Source: an uncultured Candidatus Micrarchaeota archaeon
GTDB taxonomy: Archaea; Micrarchaeota; Micrarchaeia; Anstonellales; Bilamarchaeaceae
Assembly: GCA_963714085.1 (NCBI GenBank)
Contig: OY970229.1
Coordinates: forward strand, 800,001-864,000
Direction of reading: 5' to 3'
DNA: 64,000 nt
The translations under genes were made by a program, and so were the position numbers. The notes below the pieces were generated by a model that saw only the letters and a program-made list of their open reading frames with translations, made no database searches and was not told the DNA's origin. This document shows positions 37,863 to 45,894 of the stretch, in pieces (positions within the stretch are counted from its first letter, which is position 1; each line of letters starts with the position of its first letter).

Positions 37863-39140
37863 TCAGCCGCCGGTTGCCGCGGCGGGCGGCGCTACGGCGG
37901 TCACGTTGCCGGTGGTGAGGTTCATATATGTCCCGAAGTTACCCACCGCGCGCATAACGAGCCAGCCGTTGCTCTCCACGCTGCCGACCTGGTCCCAGTA
38001 GCTTGCGAAGCCCGCATAGGACAGGGCCTCCGGGGACAGTATGATGGTCGGAACCGCGGTTATGTTGTACTCCTTGACAAGCTGCTTGCCCTGGGTGGAG
38101 TTCAGGTCATAGGTGCTCGTGTTCGTGAACACCATGCCGCCCTGCTGCCGCAGGCTTGCGGATTGCGTGCTCACGTTGTAGCAGCTCGTGCAGCTCAGGT
38201 CGGTGAGCTCGATGAGCGATACCTCGCCCACCACCGCGCCGTTCGTGAGGTTGACGTAGGGCGCGTAGACGTCCCTGTAGACATAGGAGCCGTCCGCTTC
38301 CACCGTACCTACGTTGGACCACGCCTTCGCGAGCGTCGAGTAGGCTCCGGCGTCCGGCGAGAGTATCATCGCCGGGACCTTGGAGATGTTGTACTCCGCC
38401 ACGAGCGCCCGGCCTTGCGACGAATTGTAGCCATAGCTGGTGACGCTTCCGACGCGCATGCCTATCTGCGCTCCGGAGAGCATGTCCACCATGTCGGAGA
38501 TGTTGAAGCAGTCGGCGCAGGATGGCGCGGTCACTTCCGTGACATTCACGATGCCCACCACCCTGTTGCTTGACAGGCTATAGTAGGGCGGATAGACGTT
38601 CGTGTATACCAGGGCACCATCCGGTTCTACCGAGCCGATGTTGGACCATCCTGACATGAGGTTCGCGGACGCGTTCGTGTCCCCGGTTATGACCATGGTG
38701 GGCACCGCATCCAGCGAGTATTTCGAGATCAGGGCCGCGCCTTCCGGTGAGGAGGCGTCGAACACGGTCACGTTGCTGATGACAACCCCGAGCTGCGAGG
38801 AATCCGCCTCCAGCGTCGAAAGGAGGAGGTCGGTGGAATTGCACGTGGTGCAGCGGCTGTCGTTTATGACCGTGATCTGGATTGTCGGGGTGACGTTCTG
38901 CTGCGGCACCTGTATCGGAGACACGTTGAAGTTCGGCTGGGACGGCGACGCCGGCTGCTGGGGCGCGAAGACCGCGTAGGCTATGTAGCCTATCACGATG
39001 CCGACAATGACGCATCCGAGAACCAGGAGCAGCATGTTGTTCTTCGGGGCATCGGCACTCCCAGGGGCCGCGGGAACCGGTTTTGCGGTCTCTGAAGGCT
39101 TCTTCACAGGTGGCTTATCGCTCTCTCCCATAGTAATCAT
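37863..39140 (-). CDS. Membrane-anchored extracellular protein with three thioredoxin-like CxxC repeats
   Basis: TM helix; CTTC, CADC, CTSC each followed by G..L...Y.I..VP. Confidence 0.75.
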   Translation of the reverse strand: MITMGESDKPPVKKPSETAKPVPAAPGSADAPKNNMLLLVLGCVIVGIVIGYIAYAVFAPQQPASPSQPNFNVSPIQVPQQNVTPTIQITVINDSRCTTCNSTDLLLSTLEADSSQLGVVISNVTVFDASSPEGAALISKYSLDAVPTMVITGDTNASANLMSGWSNIGSVEPDGALVYTNVYPPYYSLSSNRVVGIVNVTEVTAPSCADCFNISDMVDMLSGAQIGMRVGSVTSYGYNSSQGRALVAEYNISKVPAMILSPDAGAYSTLAKAWSNVGTVEADGSYVYRDVYAPYVNLTNGAVVGEVSLIELTDLSCTSCYNVSTQSASLRQQGGMVFTNTSTYDLNSTQGKQLVKEYNITAVPTIILSPEALSYAGFASYWDQVGSVESNGWLVMRAVGNFGTYMNLTTGNVTAVAPPAAATGG

Positions 39141-39240
39141 CTTGGATTAGATAACTTACGAAGCCTTTAAAAACATTTTACCACAGAAGTGCTCGTATAA
39201 ACGTCCACTTATCTTGATGAAAGATTAGTTCTGTGATCGC

Positions 39241-39777
39241 ATGACAGACGCTGCCGATGGGTTCGACACCCTGCAAACGAAGATAAAGGACCTCGAAACG
39301 AGGAAGATGGAGCTCATCGAGCGCATCAAATACCTCACCCGCAGGGTCAGGTACAAGAAGTTCGAACAGAAGGCCCTCGAGCCGTACCTCGAGCAGACCA
39401 AGGGCGTGCAGATCGCGCCGCTGCGCAAGCGCAGGAACATGGTCGAATTCAGGATAGCCACCGCGGCGTACACGCCGAGGATGGAGAAGGAGCTGCTCAA
39501 GGAGGTCAAGAAGCTCGACGAGCAGCTGGCCGGCGTCCGCGAGGTCGAGCGGGCGAGGCGCAAGAAGCAGTACGTGGACCAGGACATCGAGCAGGGCGAG
39601 AAGGAGATGGCCGACATCGAGAACGCGCTCAAGGACATCCGCGAGAAGCTCCGGGTGCTCTACGACGATGCCAAGGCTGCCAGGATGGTCGCCAAGAGAA
39701 GCGCGGTCGCCGCGGCTGCTGCAGAGGAAGACATGGTTGCGCTCGGGGACCTGGCTTTGATCGAGAAAAAGGACTGA
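39241..39777 (+). CDS. Archaeal coiled-coil protein (COG1340-like)
   Basis: Heptad-rich; VEFRIATAAYTPRMEKEL. Confidence 0.6.
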   Translation: MTDAADGFDTLQTKIKDLETRKMELIERIKYLTRRVRYKKFEQKALEPYLEQTKGVQIAPLRKRRNMVEFRIATAAYTPRMEKELLKEVKKLDEQLAGVREVERARRKKQYVDQDIEQGEKEMADIENALKDIREKLRVLYDDAKAARMVAKRSAVAAAAAEEDMVALGDLALIEKKD

Positions 39778-39808
39778 ACCTACTGATTACAAAAAAAAGG
39801 TTTAGGAT

Positions 39809-40066
39809 CTACGGCAGCGCCTTGACTTCCCAGATGAACTTGTCCCTTGTGGTGACCGTCTTTATGCTGAGGTTGATCCGGTAGTCGTTCTCCTTTATAA
39901 CCGCAAGCAGCTTGCGGACTATGTCGTGGTTCACCGGGTCTGTGTTGACCCAGGAGCAGGACTTGCGCGTGACTATGCAGTCCGCGATGACCGGCGCGTC
40001 GTGGGTGGACACCCCGGTCCCCTTTATCTTGGAGAGAATCTCAGCCTCGTTGAATGGTTCGCCCAT
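39809..40066 (-). CDS. Hypothetical protein (85 aa)
   Basis: ORF with TTTAAA upstream and host-like codon usage. Confidence 0.65.
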   Translation of the reverse strand: MGEPFNEAEILSKIKGTGVSTHDAPVIADCIVTRKSCSWVNTDPVNHDIVRKLLAVIKENDYRINLSIKTVTTRDKFIWEVKALP

Positions 40067-40146
40067 AGAAGGATGGATGTACAGAACGGTTTAAATATCA
40101 TGGGCATCGGAACCCCGTATTTTCCCAAAACGCCCGAACAGCAGTA

Positions 40147-41445
40147 GTGAACTACCCATGCCCAAAGGCATGGCTTTCCTGCTTCGTTGAAGATACTTGC
40201 CAGTTATGTTTATGACCAGTAGAGGTCTCTTCTCCGCAGGCTTTACTTCCCGGCGTCCCGCCGGTAGCTCGTTGGAGTATGTTCAGCGCCGCATTGAGGT
40301 CCCTGTGCATGGATGCACCGCAGGCGCAATCGTGCCACCTCTCCGCAAGCGTTTTCTTTTGTATAAGACCGCAGTTGCTGCACATCTGGGATGTGTAGGC
40401 GGGATTTACCAGCACGACTTCGCAACCAGCTCCTTCCGCCTTGTAGCTGATCATGCTGACGAACTCCGCCCAGCTGCAGTCCAATACCTCTTTTGCCAGG
40501 AAACCCCGTGCCAATCCTTCGTTGTTCAGCGCTTCCATGGCTATGAGCGAATGGTTCTTCACAAGGTTACTGCTGACCTTGTGCAGGAAATCCCTCCTCT
40601 TATTCGTTAGTTTCTCGTAGGCGATGGCAACCGCCTTTCTGTTTTTGGCCCTGTTCGAGCTGCCCTTCGTTTTATTCGACATCCTCCGCTGGGCGAGCTT
40701 AAGCCGTTCTTCTGCCAATCTGAGATTCCGCGGATTCTCTATCCTTGAGCCATCGCTCAGATACGCGAATGTTTCTATCCCCAAGTCGATTCCGACTGGA
40801 GGCGTCTTGTTTCTCTCCGGCATCTTTCTTTCGGATTCGGTCGTAAAAATCGCATGCCACTTCCCTGAAGGGGATCTCTTTATGACCAGGGTCTTGATTT
40901 CACCGTCCATTTCCCTGTGTTTCCTGATTGCCACGTTCCCTATTCCTGATAGCCCCAGCCTGTCGTTGAGTTTGAAGCCGAACTGTGGATAGGTGAAAGA
41001 CCTCACACGCTCTATTGACTTGAACCGTGGGAATCCCGCCTTCCTGCCGGCTTTCCTCTTTGCGACAAATCCTTTCAGGGATTTTGCAAGCCGGTCTGCA
41101 ACATTCTGGGCTACCTGGGAGAACATGTTGGTTTCTTTTGTCCGTAGGTAAAGCTGCTTTCTGGCAGGGAATTTCCTTGTTTCTTCGTAATTCTCCTTTG
41201 CGTATGCCAGCAGGGAATTCCAGATGGTTTTGCATTCGTAGAGGTGGCGGTCCAGGATTTTTTCCTGGCTTCTTGAAGGGTAAAGCCTGTACTTCCAGGC
41301 TCGCATTACTTTCATAAAGAGTTGCCTGAAAGGTCGTATATAAGCATTTCCCGGGTGGATTTCCGCGGTGCTCACGACGAAGCTGGCACATTAGGCCCTT
41401 TCGCCCCATATTTGAAAATGTGGGATTTCCCGGACCTGATGCATT
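40147..41445 (-). mobile_element. IS200/IS605-family (tnpB-only) element 2
   Basis: Right end CCATGCCTTTGGGCATGG..GTTCAC ending at 40147; left-end hairpin 41405-41424; left boundary approximate. Confidence 0.8.
40152..41315 (-). CDS. tnpB: RNA-guided endonuclease TnpB
   Basis: AWKYRLYP, GFPRFK, GIDLG / MEAL / HRDLNAALNI, CSNCG..CACG. Confidence 0.95.
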   Translation of the reverse strand: MKVMRAWKYRLYPSRSQEKILDRHLYECKTIWNSLLAYAKENYEETRKFPARKQLYLRTKETNMFSQVAQNVADRLAKSLKGFVAKRKAGRKAGFPRFKSIERVRSFTYPQFGFKLNDRLGLSGIGNVAIRKHREMDGEIKTLVIKRSPSGKWHAIFTTESERKMPERNKTPPVGIDLGIETFAYLSDGSRIENPRNLRLAEERLKLAQRRMSNKTKGSSNRAKNRKAVAIAYEKLTNKRRDFLHKVSSNLVKNHSLIAMEALNNEGLARGFLAKEVLDCSWAEFVSMISYKAEGAGCEVVLVNPAYTSQMCSNCGLIQKKTLAERWHDCACGASMHRDLNAALNILQRATGGTPGSKACGEETSTGHKHNWQVSSTKQESHAFGHG

Positions 41446-41471
41446 TAAAAGCAACAAAAGCGTAATCACTT

Positions 41472-41556
41472 TCACATGATGACGTGAACAACCTCTGAGA
41501 TGCCTTCCGCAATTTTCCAGGGAGGCATTGGTGAAGAAACCAACAGCGTCTGATTC
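41472..41556 (+). ncRNA. Box C/D 2'-O-methylation guide sRNA
   Basis: C ATGATGA 41476-82; 12-nt guide; D' CTGA 41495-98; 9-bp hairpin; C' GTGAAGA 41531-37; 12-nt guide; D CTGA 41550-53; TATA TTTAAAA 41444-50; T-tract downstream. Confidence 0.85.
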
Positions 41557-41561
41557 CTTTT

Positions 41562-42158
41562 TCAGGCCTTGACGGCCATCACGACCCATATGCTCTCGAA
41601 GAAGAAGTCCTGCCGCCCGATTAGCCTGACCTTGTAGCCGAGCTTTTCGAGCGCGCTGCGCGTCTTGCGCGGGCCGTTCAGGCTGCTCTGGAGCAGGAGG
41701 AGGGTCCCGCCCGGATTCATGTGCGAGTCGAATTCCTTCAGGAACCTGTCCAGCACCTTCCTGCCGTCCTTCCCGCCGTCGAAGGCGAGGTTCAGCGAGC
41801 CGGCGACCCTCTCGTTGTATTCCGTAGGCAGGTAGGGCGGATTGAACATCATGGCGTCGAACCGGCCCTGGACGCTGCTGAAAAAATCCGACACCAGGAA
41901 GCGTGCGTTCCTGATCCCGTTCTTTCTCGCGTTCTCCGAGGCGCAGGCGATTGCTTCCGGGCTGACGTCCGCCCCGACCACCTCGTTGCCCGGATTGGCC
42001 TTCGCGTTGGCGAGCGCGGCGATTCCGCTGCCCGTGCCCATGTCAAGGACCCTGCCCTTCAACTTCGTAGCGTGCTTCGCGAGAAGCAGGGAATCCTCAG
42101 CCGGCTCATAGACCGAATCCTGGATAGAAAGCTCGACGCCTTCGCAGACAAGCCCCAT
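41562..42158 (-). CDS. HemK2/PrmC-like N5-glutamine methyltransferase
   Basis: VYEPAEDS, LDMGTGSG, FNPPYLP, GGKDGR. Confidence 0.92.
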   Translation of the reverse strand: MGLVCEGVELSIQDSVYEPAEDSLLLAKHATKLKGRVLDMGTGSGIAALANAKANPGNEVVGADVSPEAIACASENARKNGIRNARFLVSDFFSSVQGRFDAMMFNPPYLPTEYNERVAGSLNLAFDGGKDGRKVLDRFLKEFDSHMNPGGTLLLLQSSLNGPRKTRSALEKLGYKVRLIGRQDFFFESIWVVMAVKA

Positions 42159-42211
42159 GTGAAGGAAGATGGCGAGTTCTTTTTTAAATACATTCGGACA
42201 CAGCTAATGCC

Positions 42212-42838
42212 ATGGACGAACTTCTGCTTCTGCTTCTAAGGAACGGCGCCCACCGCTCGGCGGTCAGGCTCACGACCACGGAGATAGCCGCGCTGCTGGG
42301 CATGTCCCAGCAGAACGTGTCCAGGAGGCTGCGCATGCTGGAGAAGGAGGGCATGATAAGGAGGGACCCTTCCGGCATAACGCTCACGGACAAAGGGGTC
42401 GCTGATATCAAGGATCTGCTCGCGGTGCTGCAGAACGCCTTCTCTGCCAGGCTCGAGATCAGGGGCAAGGTCGCGGACGGCCTCGGCGAGGGGAAGTTCT
42501 ACCTGTCCAAGCCGGGATACGCGCGCCAGATGGAGGACAAGCTCGGATTCGTCCCCTACCCAGGAACGCTCAACCTGAGATTGGAGGGCGGCGAAGCCGA
42601 GAAAAGGAGGCGCTTGCTCCACCTGGAGCCTGTTGTCATAGCCGGGTTCACGGAGGAAGGCAGGCGTTACGGCGACCTGTTCGCCTACCGGGCGAAGGCC
42701 GAGGGCGTGGAATGCGCGGTCGTTGTGCCGCTGAGGACCCACCACGGCCAGGATGTCATCGAGCTCACGGCCCCGCTGAATCTGCGCAAGAGGCTCAATA
42801 AGAAAAGCGGGGACGAAGTCGTGCTGAGGATAGGCTAG
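42212..42838 (+). CDS. rbkR: RbkR: wHTH regulator fused to CTP-dependent riboflavin kinase
   Basis: HTH TTTEIAALLGMSQQNVSRRL; kinase GLGEGKFY, PYPGTLN, PLRTHH. Confidence 0.9.
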   Translation: MDELLLLLLRNGAHRSAVRLTTTEIAALLGMSQQNVSRRLRMLEKEGMIRRDPSGITLTDKGVADIKDLLAVLQNAFSARLEIRGKVADGLGEGKFYLSKPGYARQMEDKLGFVPYPGTLNLRLEGGEAEKRRRLLHLEPVVIAGFTEEGRRYGDLFAYRAKAEGVECAVVVPLRTHHGQDVIELTAPLNLRKRLNKKSGDEVVLRIG

Positions 42839-42846
42839 GTGCACCC

Positions 42847-43959
42847 ATGGAAACGGCGACTTCCGGCCCGGCTCTCGGTCCACTGGTCCACGACGGGATA
42901 ATGGAGGAGCTCATGCCCAGGATAAAGAAGCTGGCCAAGCGGCTCATCGAGGCTAAACAGAACAATACATTCATCCTGCTGCGTTTCCACCACGATGCGG
43001 ACGGCATCGCGGGCGCTCTGGCTCTTTCCGAGGTGCTGAGGTTCCAGGCATACCAGCAGAATTCCGCGGTCTACTCGGTCAAAGATGCGGTCAAGGACCT
43101 GTCCTCGCTCTCGCACGAAGATAAGCCGTTGGCGGTGCTTCTGGACTTCGGGATGAACCGGGAGAGCGAAGAAGGGCTTAGGCTGCTAAAGGCCGCAGGC
43201 ATCGAACTCATGATCGTGGACCACCACCCGCCGTCCGGTGATGCCATGTCCATGGCGGATTACACGCTCACTCCCTGGGAGGTTTCCACAGCCGCGAACA
43301 CTTCCAGGTACGTGGCTGGTTATCTCGCCTCGGAGATTGCGAGGGCCATGGGCGCGCAGACGCAGAGGTACGCGCGGATCGCCTGCGCAGGGGACAGGAG
43401 CACGCTGCTGGAAGCAAGCGAGGAGGACGGGAAGACGGCGCTGGTGCTGGATTACCTGGCTGCCCATTCGGGGTTCGGGAACAACCTGAGATTCTACAAG
43501 AACGTGCTCACCAAGGAGGAGCTCTTCGCGTCCATCGCGGGCCAGGCGCAGGAGTCCATAGACGAAGCCGCTGACAAGGCGCTTGCCGGGGCCAAGAATA
43601 CGAAGGAGGGCGGGGTGAGGATATGCATCTTCAGCCTCGCGAACGTGGTGCGCAAGGGCGAGTGGCCCCCCTCTGGCAAGGTGACCACGCGGGTCTTCGA
43701 CAAGCTCAAGGAAGGCGGGCCGCTGCTATGCATGGGTTACACCGACCGCTCCATAATAATGAGGCTGAACGACGAGGCGCTCTCAGCCGGCCTGAGCGCC
43801 ACCCTCCTTGCTGAGAGGGTGAAGAGCAGCATGGCCGATTTCGTGGACGGAGGCGGCGGCCATGCGAAGGCTGGCGCCATCAGGGCGAAGCAGGGCTTCG
43901 TTAAGGAGGTCCTGAACGAGCTCGTGAGGGAAGCGGGCAGGGCGGTTGCGCCGTCTTAG
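42847..43959 (+). CDS. DHH/DHHA1-family phosphoesterase (RecJ-like)
   Basis: HHDADG, LLDFG, VDHH, GGGH..AG. Confidence 0.88.
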   Translation: METATSGPALGPLVHDGIMEELMPRIKKLAKRLIEAKQNNTFILLRFHHDADGIAGALALSEVLRFQAYQQNSAVYSVKDAVKDLSSLSHEDKPLAVLLDFGMNRESEEGLRLLKAAGIELMIVDHHPPSGDAMSMADYTLTPWEVSTAANTSRYVAGYLASEIARAMGAQTQRYARIACAGDRSTLLEASEEDGKTALVLDYLAAHSGFGNNLRFYKNVLTKEELFASIAGQAQESIDEAADKALAGAKNTKEGGVRICIFSLANVVRKGEWPPSGKVTTRVFDKLKEGGPLLCMGYTDRSIIMRLNDEALSAGLSATLLAERVKSSMADFVDGGGGHAKAGAIRAKQGFVKEVLNELVREAGRAVAPS

Positions 43960-43963
43960 GGGT

Positions 43964-44500
43964 TCAGCGCCCGCGCCACAGCGGCTCCTCTACCCTCTTT
44001 TTCCTGTTCATCTCCCTGGCCATGACGAAAAACAGGTCGCCGAGGCGGTTCAGATAGGTGACGATCTGCGGGTCGGTCTTCTCCTTTTTCGAGAGCGCGA
44101 CCACGGAGCGCTCGGCCCGCCTGCAGATAGTTCTTGTGAGGTGGAGCAGCGACGCGGCCTTGGACCCGCCCGGAAGCACGAAATGGTGGAGTGGGGAGAG
44201 CTGCGCCTCGATCTTGTCTATCCCGAGCTCGAGCTCCGAGACCCTGTCCGGGTTTATCCTCCTGGAGAGCTTGCCTTTTGCCGCGCCGGCCAGCTCCGCG
44301 CCTATCACGAACAGGTCCTTCTGGAACTCCTTGAGCGTTTTGGTCTGATCGTCCTCCGAGAAGGCGATTACGACGCCGATCAGCGCGTTGAGCTCGTCCA
44401 GCTGGCCGAGGGCCTCTATCCTCAGGTCGTCCTTGGCGACCCTTTTGCCGCCGAGAGAATCCGTCTCGCCCTTGTCCCCGCGCCTTGTGTAAATCGGCAT
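43964..44500 (-). CDS. pduO: PduO-type ATP:cob(I)alamin adenosyltransferase
   Basis: IYTRRGDKGET, DELNA, FVLPGG, RRAER, YLNRLGD. Confidence 0.93.
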   Translation of the reverse strand: MPIYTRRGDKGETDSLGGKRVAKDDLRIEALGQLDELNALIGVVIAFSEDDQTKTLKEFQKDLFVIGAELAGAAKGKLSRRINPDRVSELELGIDKIEAQLSPLHHFVLPGGSKAASLLHLTRTICRRAERSVVALSKKEKTDPQIVTYLNRLGDLFFVMAREMNRKKRVEEPLWRGR

Positions 44501-44685
44501 GGTAGTATGAATCAGGCAAGGATTTAATGATTTTGCGCGTATGTGTGATTACAAGCGGCCAGCGCGGGTGATGCAACGGAACGCGCGTCCCGGCTGGGTT
44601 GCTACTCCCTTGCTCCTGCCGGTTCGCAGGAGACGACGAGGCTGCGATAACCGAAGAGAAACAAGACGGCGCTCATAAAAAACCA

Positions 44686-45194
44686 TAAAACGATACATTT
44701 AAATAACATTTAAGGGATAATGGGTACAGGTGACACGACATGACTACGAAGGAGCTACAGCACCGGGCAAAAAGAACCAGGCATACGCCACATCTTAACC
44801 GAGGGACAGAGAGGAGGAGGGCAGTGAAAGAGTTCATGAGGTTGAAACACGGCTTTTTGCTGCCGTACGATGAGGTCAGACATGACGGGGATATAAGCGT
44901 GAGAATGACCGCTACACGAGGGCAGAATCTGGTCATAGTGGACGTCACGAATGTCGACAAGGAAACCGCGAGGATGATCGCGAGCCTGCATCATATAGCC
45001 AGGCACCCTGACGCGATAAGCATGAGCGCGACCGCTAAGTGCGGGCCGAATTTAGTCGTGGTGAATGTTACGAGCGTGAGCCGCAAAATCGCGGAGGTAA
45101 TCACGGGTCTCATTGGGTGCTTGTCGGGTCTCGAATCGTCCTGGCCGCATGCTCCGAAAACCGCGCAGCGTCCGTAAAACGATACATTTAAATA
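44686..45194 (+). repeat. 20-bp perfect direct repeat TAAAACGATACATTTAAATA (44686-44705 and 45175-45194): duplicated BRE/TATA promoter
   Basis: Identical copies, each followed by TACAGGTGA and an ATG. Confidence 0.85.
44740..45177 (+). CDS. Hypothetical protein with internal tandem repeat
   Basis: ISVRMTATRGQNLVIVDVTNVDKETARMI vs ISMSATAKCGPNLVVVNVTSVSRKIAEVI; SD AGGTGA. Confidence 0.7.
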   Translation: MTTKELQHRAKRTRHTPHLNRGTERRRAVKEFMRLKHGFLLPYDEVRHDGDISVRMTATRGQNLVIVDVTNVDKETARMIASLHHIARHPDAISMSATAKCGPNLVVVNVTSVSRKIAEVITGLIGCLSGLESSWPHAPKTAQRP

Positions 45195-45228
45195 TACTTC
45201 CTAACACTATATATACAGGTGATTCGGT

Positions 45229-45357
45229 ATGGTCAAAAAGAAGATTAAAGCGACCAGTAAGAAGTGTACCTGCAAAAAGCCAACCGGCGTCATCGGCTCT
45301 GTTGTGAGCTGGGTGAGGGAAAAGGCTGGCGTGGGTAACGGATGTTACTGCAGCTGA
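45229..45357 (+). CDS. 42-aa basic Cys-containing microprotein (not in ORF track)
   Basis: MVKKKIKATSKKCTCKKPTGVIGSVVSWVREKAGVGNGCYCS; own TATA and SD AGGTGA. Confidence 0.65.
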   Translation: MVKKKIKATSKKCTCKKPTGVIGSVVSWVREKAGVGNGCYCS

Positions 45358-45507
45358 AAAAAATCAATGCTCATTCTATAACGGTTTCCCGATTTTGGGA
45401 AGGATCATCCCATCCAAAAGGATGGGAGTTTCTCTATTTCTGCTTGATGGGGGCGCAAGGCCTCGTTTTCCGTTTAGCGCAAGCCAGGGTCATTCAAGCA
45501 AACGCGA

Positions 45508-45744
45508 TCAGATCAGCTTCTTCCCGTTGTCTTCTAGATGTATGCAATTGACAGGGCAGCTCTGGGCAGCATCGCTGTTGCATCCCGCCTTCGGGACTTC
45601 CAGCACGAATTTGTCTCCTGCGGGCTTCGAGCCTTTGAGATGCGATTTCCCGTCGTCTCCCATTTCCCATGACTCCGGGCACACTGCGGTGCATGCGCCG
45701 CAGCCTATGCAAACCGGGCGGTCGTGTACGATCTTCACTGCCAT
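45508..45744 (-). CDS. Ferredoxin (single 4Fe-4S cluster type)
   Basis: CIGCGACTAVCP and SCPVNCI. Confidence 0.92.
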   Translation of the reverse strand: MAVKIVHDRPVCIGCGACTAVCPESWEMGDDGKSHLKGSKPAGDKFVLEVPKAGCNSDAAQSCPVNCIHLEDNGKKLI

Positions 45745-45894
45745 AGACACCACTGGATGGACTAAGCAAGCGTTGGTTTTTTATTGTTGCGGGCTGTCCG
45801 GCCAGCAAGTGCCTGTCTCTGACACAGGTTTTACCATTATATATATTAGTGCAGATTAGAATACAGAGGTCAGGGGCCGTGGAGAAGTGTTCGG

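Noticed and set aside
26877..41315. TnpBs as nuclease-dead regulators (TldR-like) or Cas12f
   Set aside because: All three RuvC acidic residues and transposon ends are present; no CRISPR array nearby
44545..44680. Possible cobalamin riboswitch or small ORF upstream of pduO (hairpin CTCCTGC/GCAGGAG)
   Set aside because: No B12-box or other cobalamin riboswitch consensus on either strand; candidate short ORFs lack support
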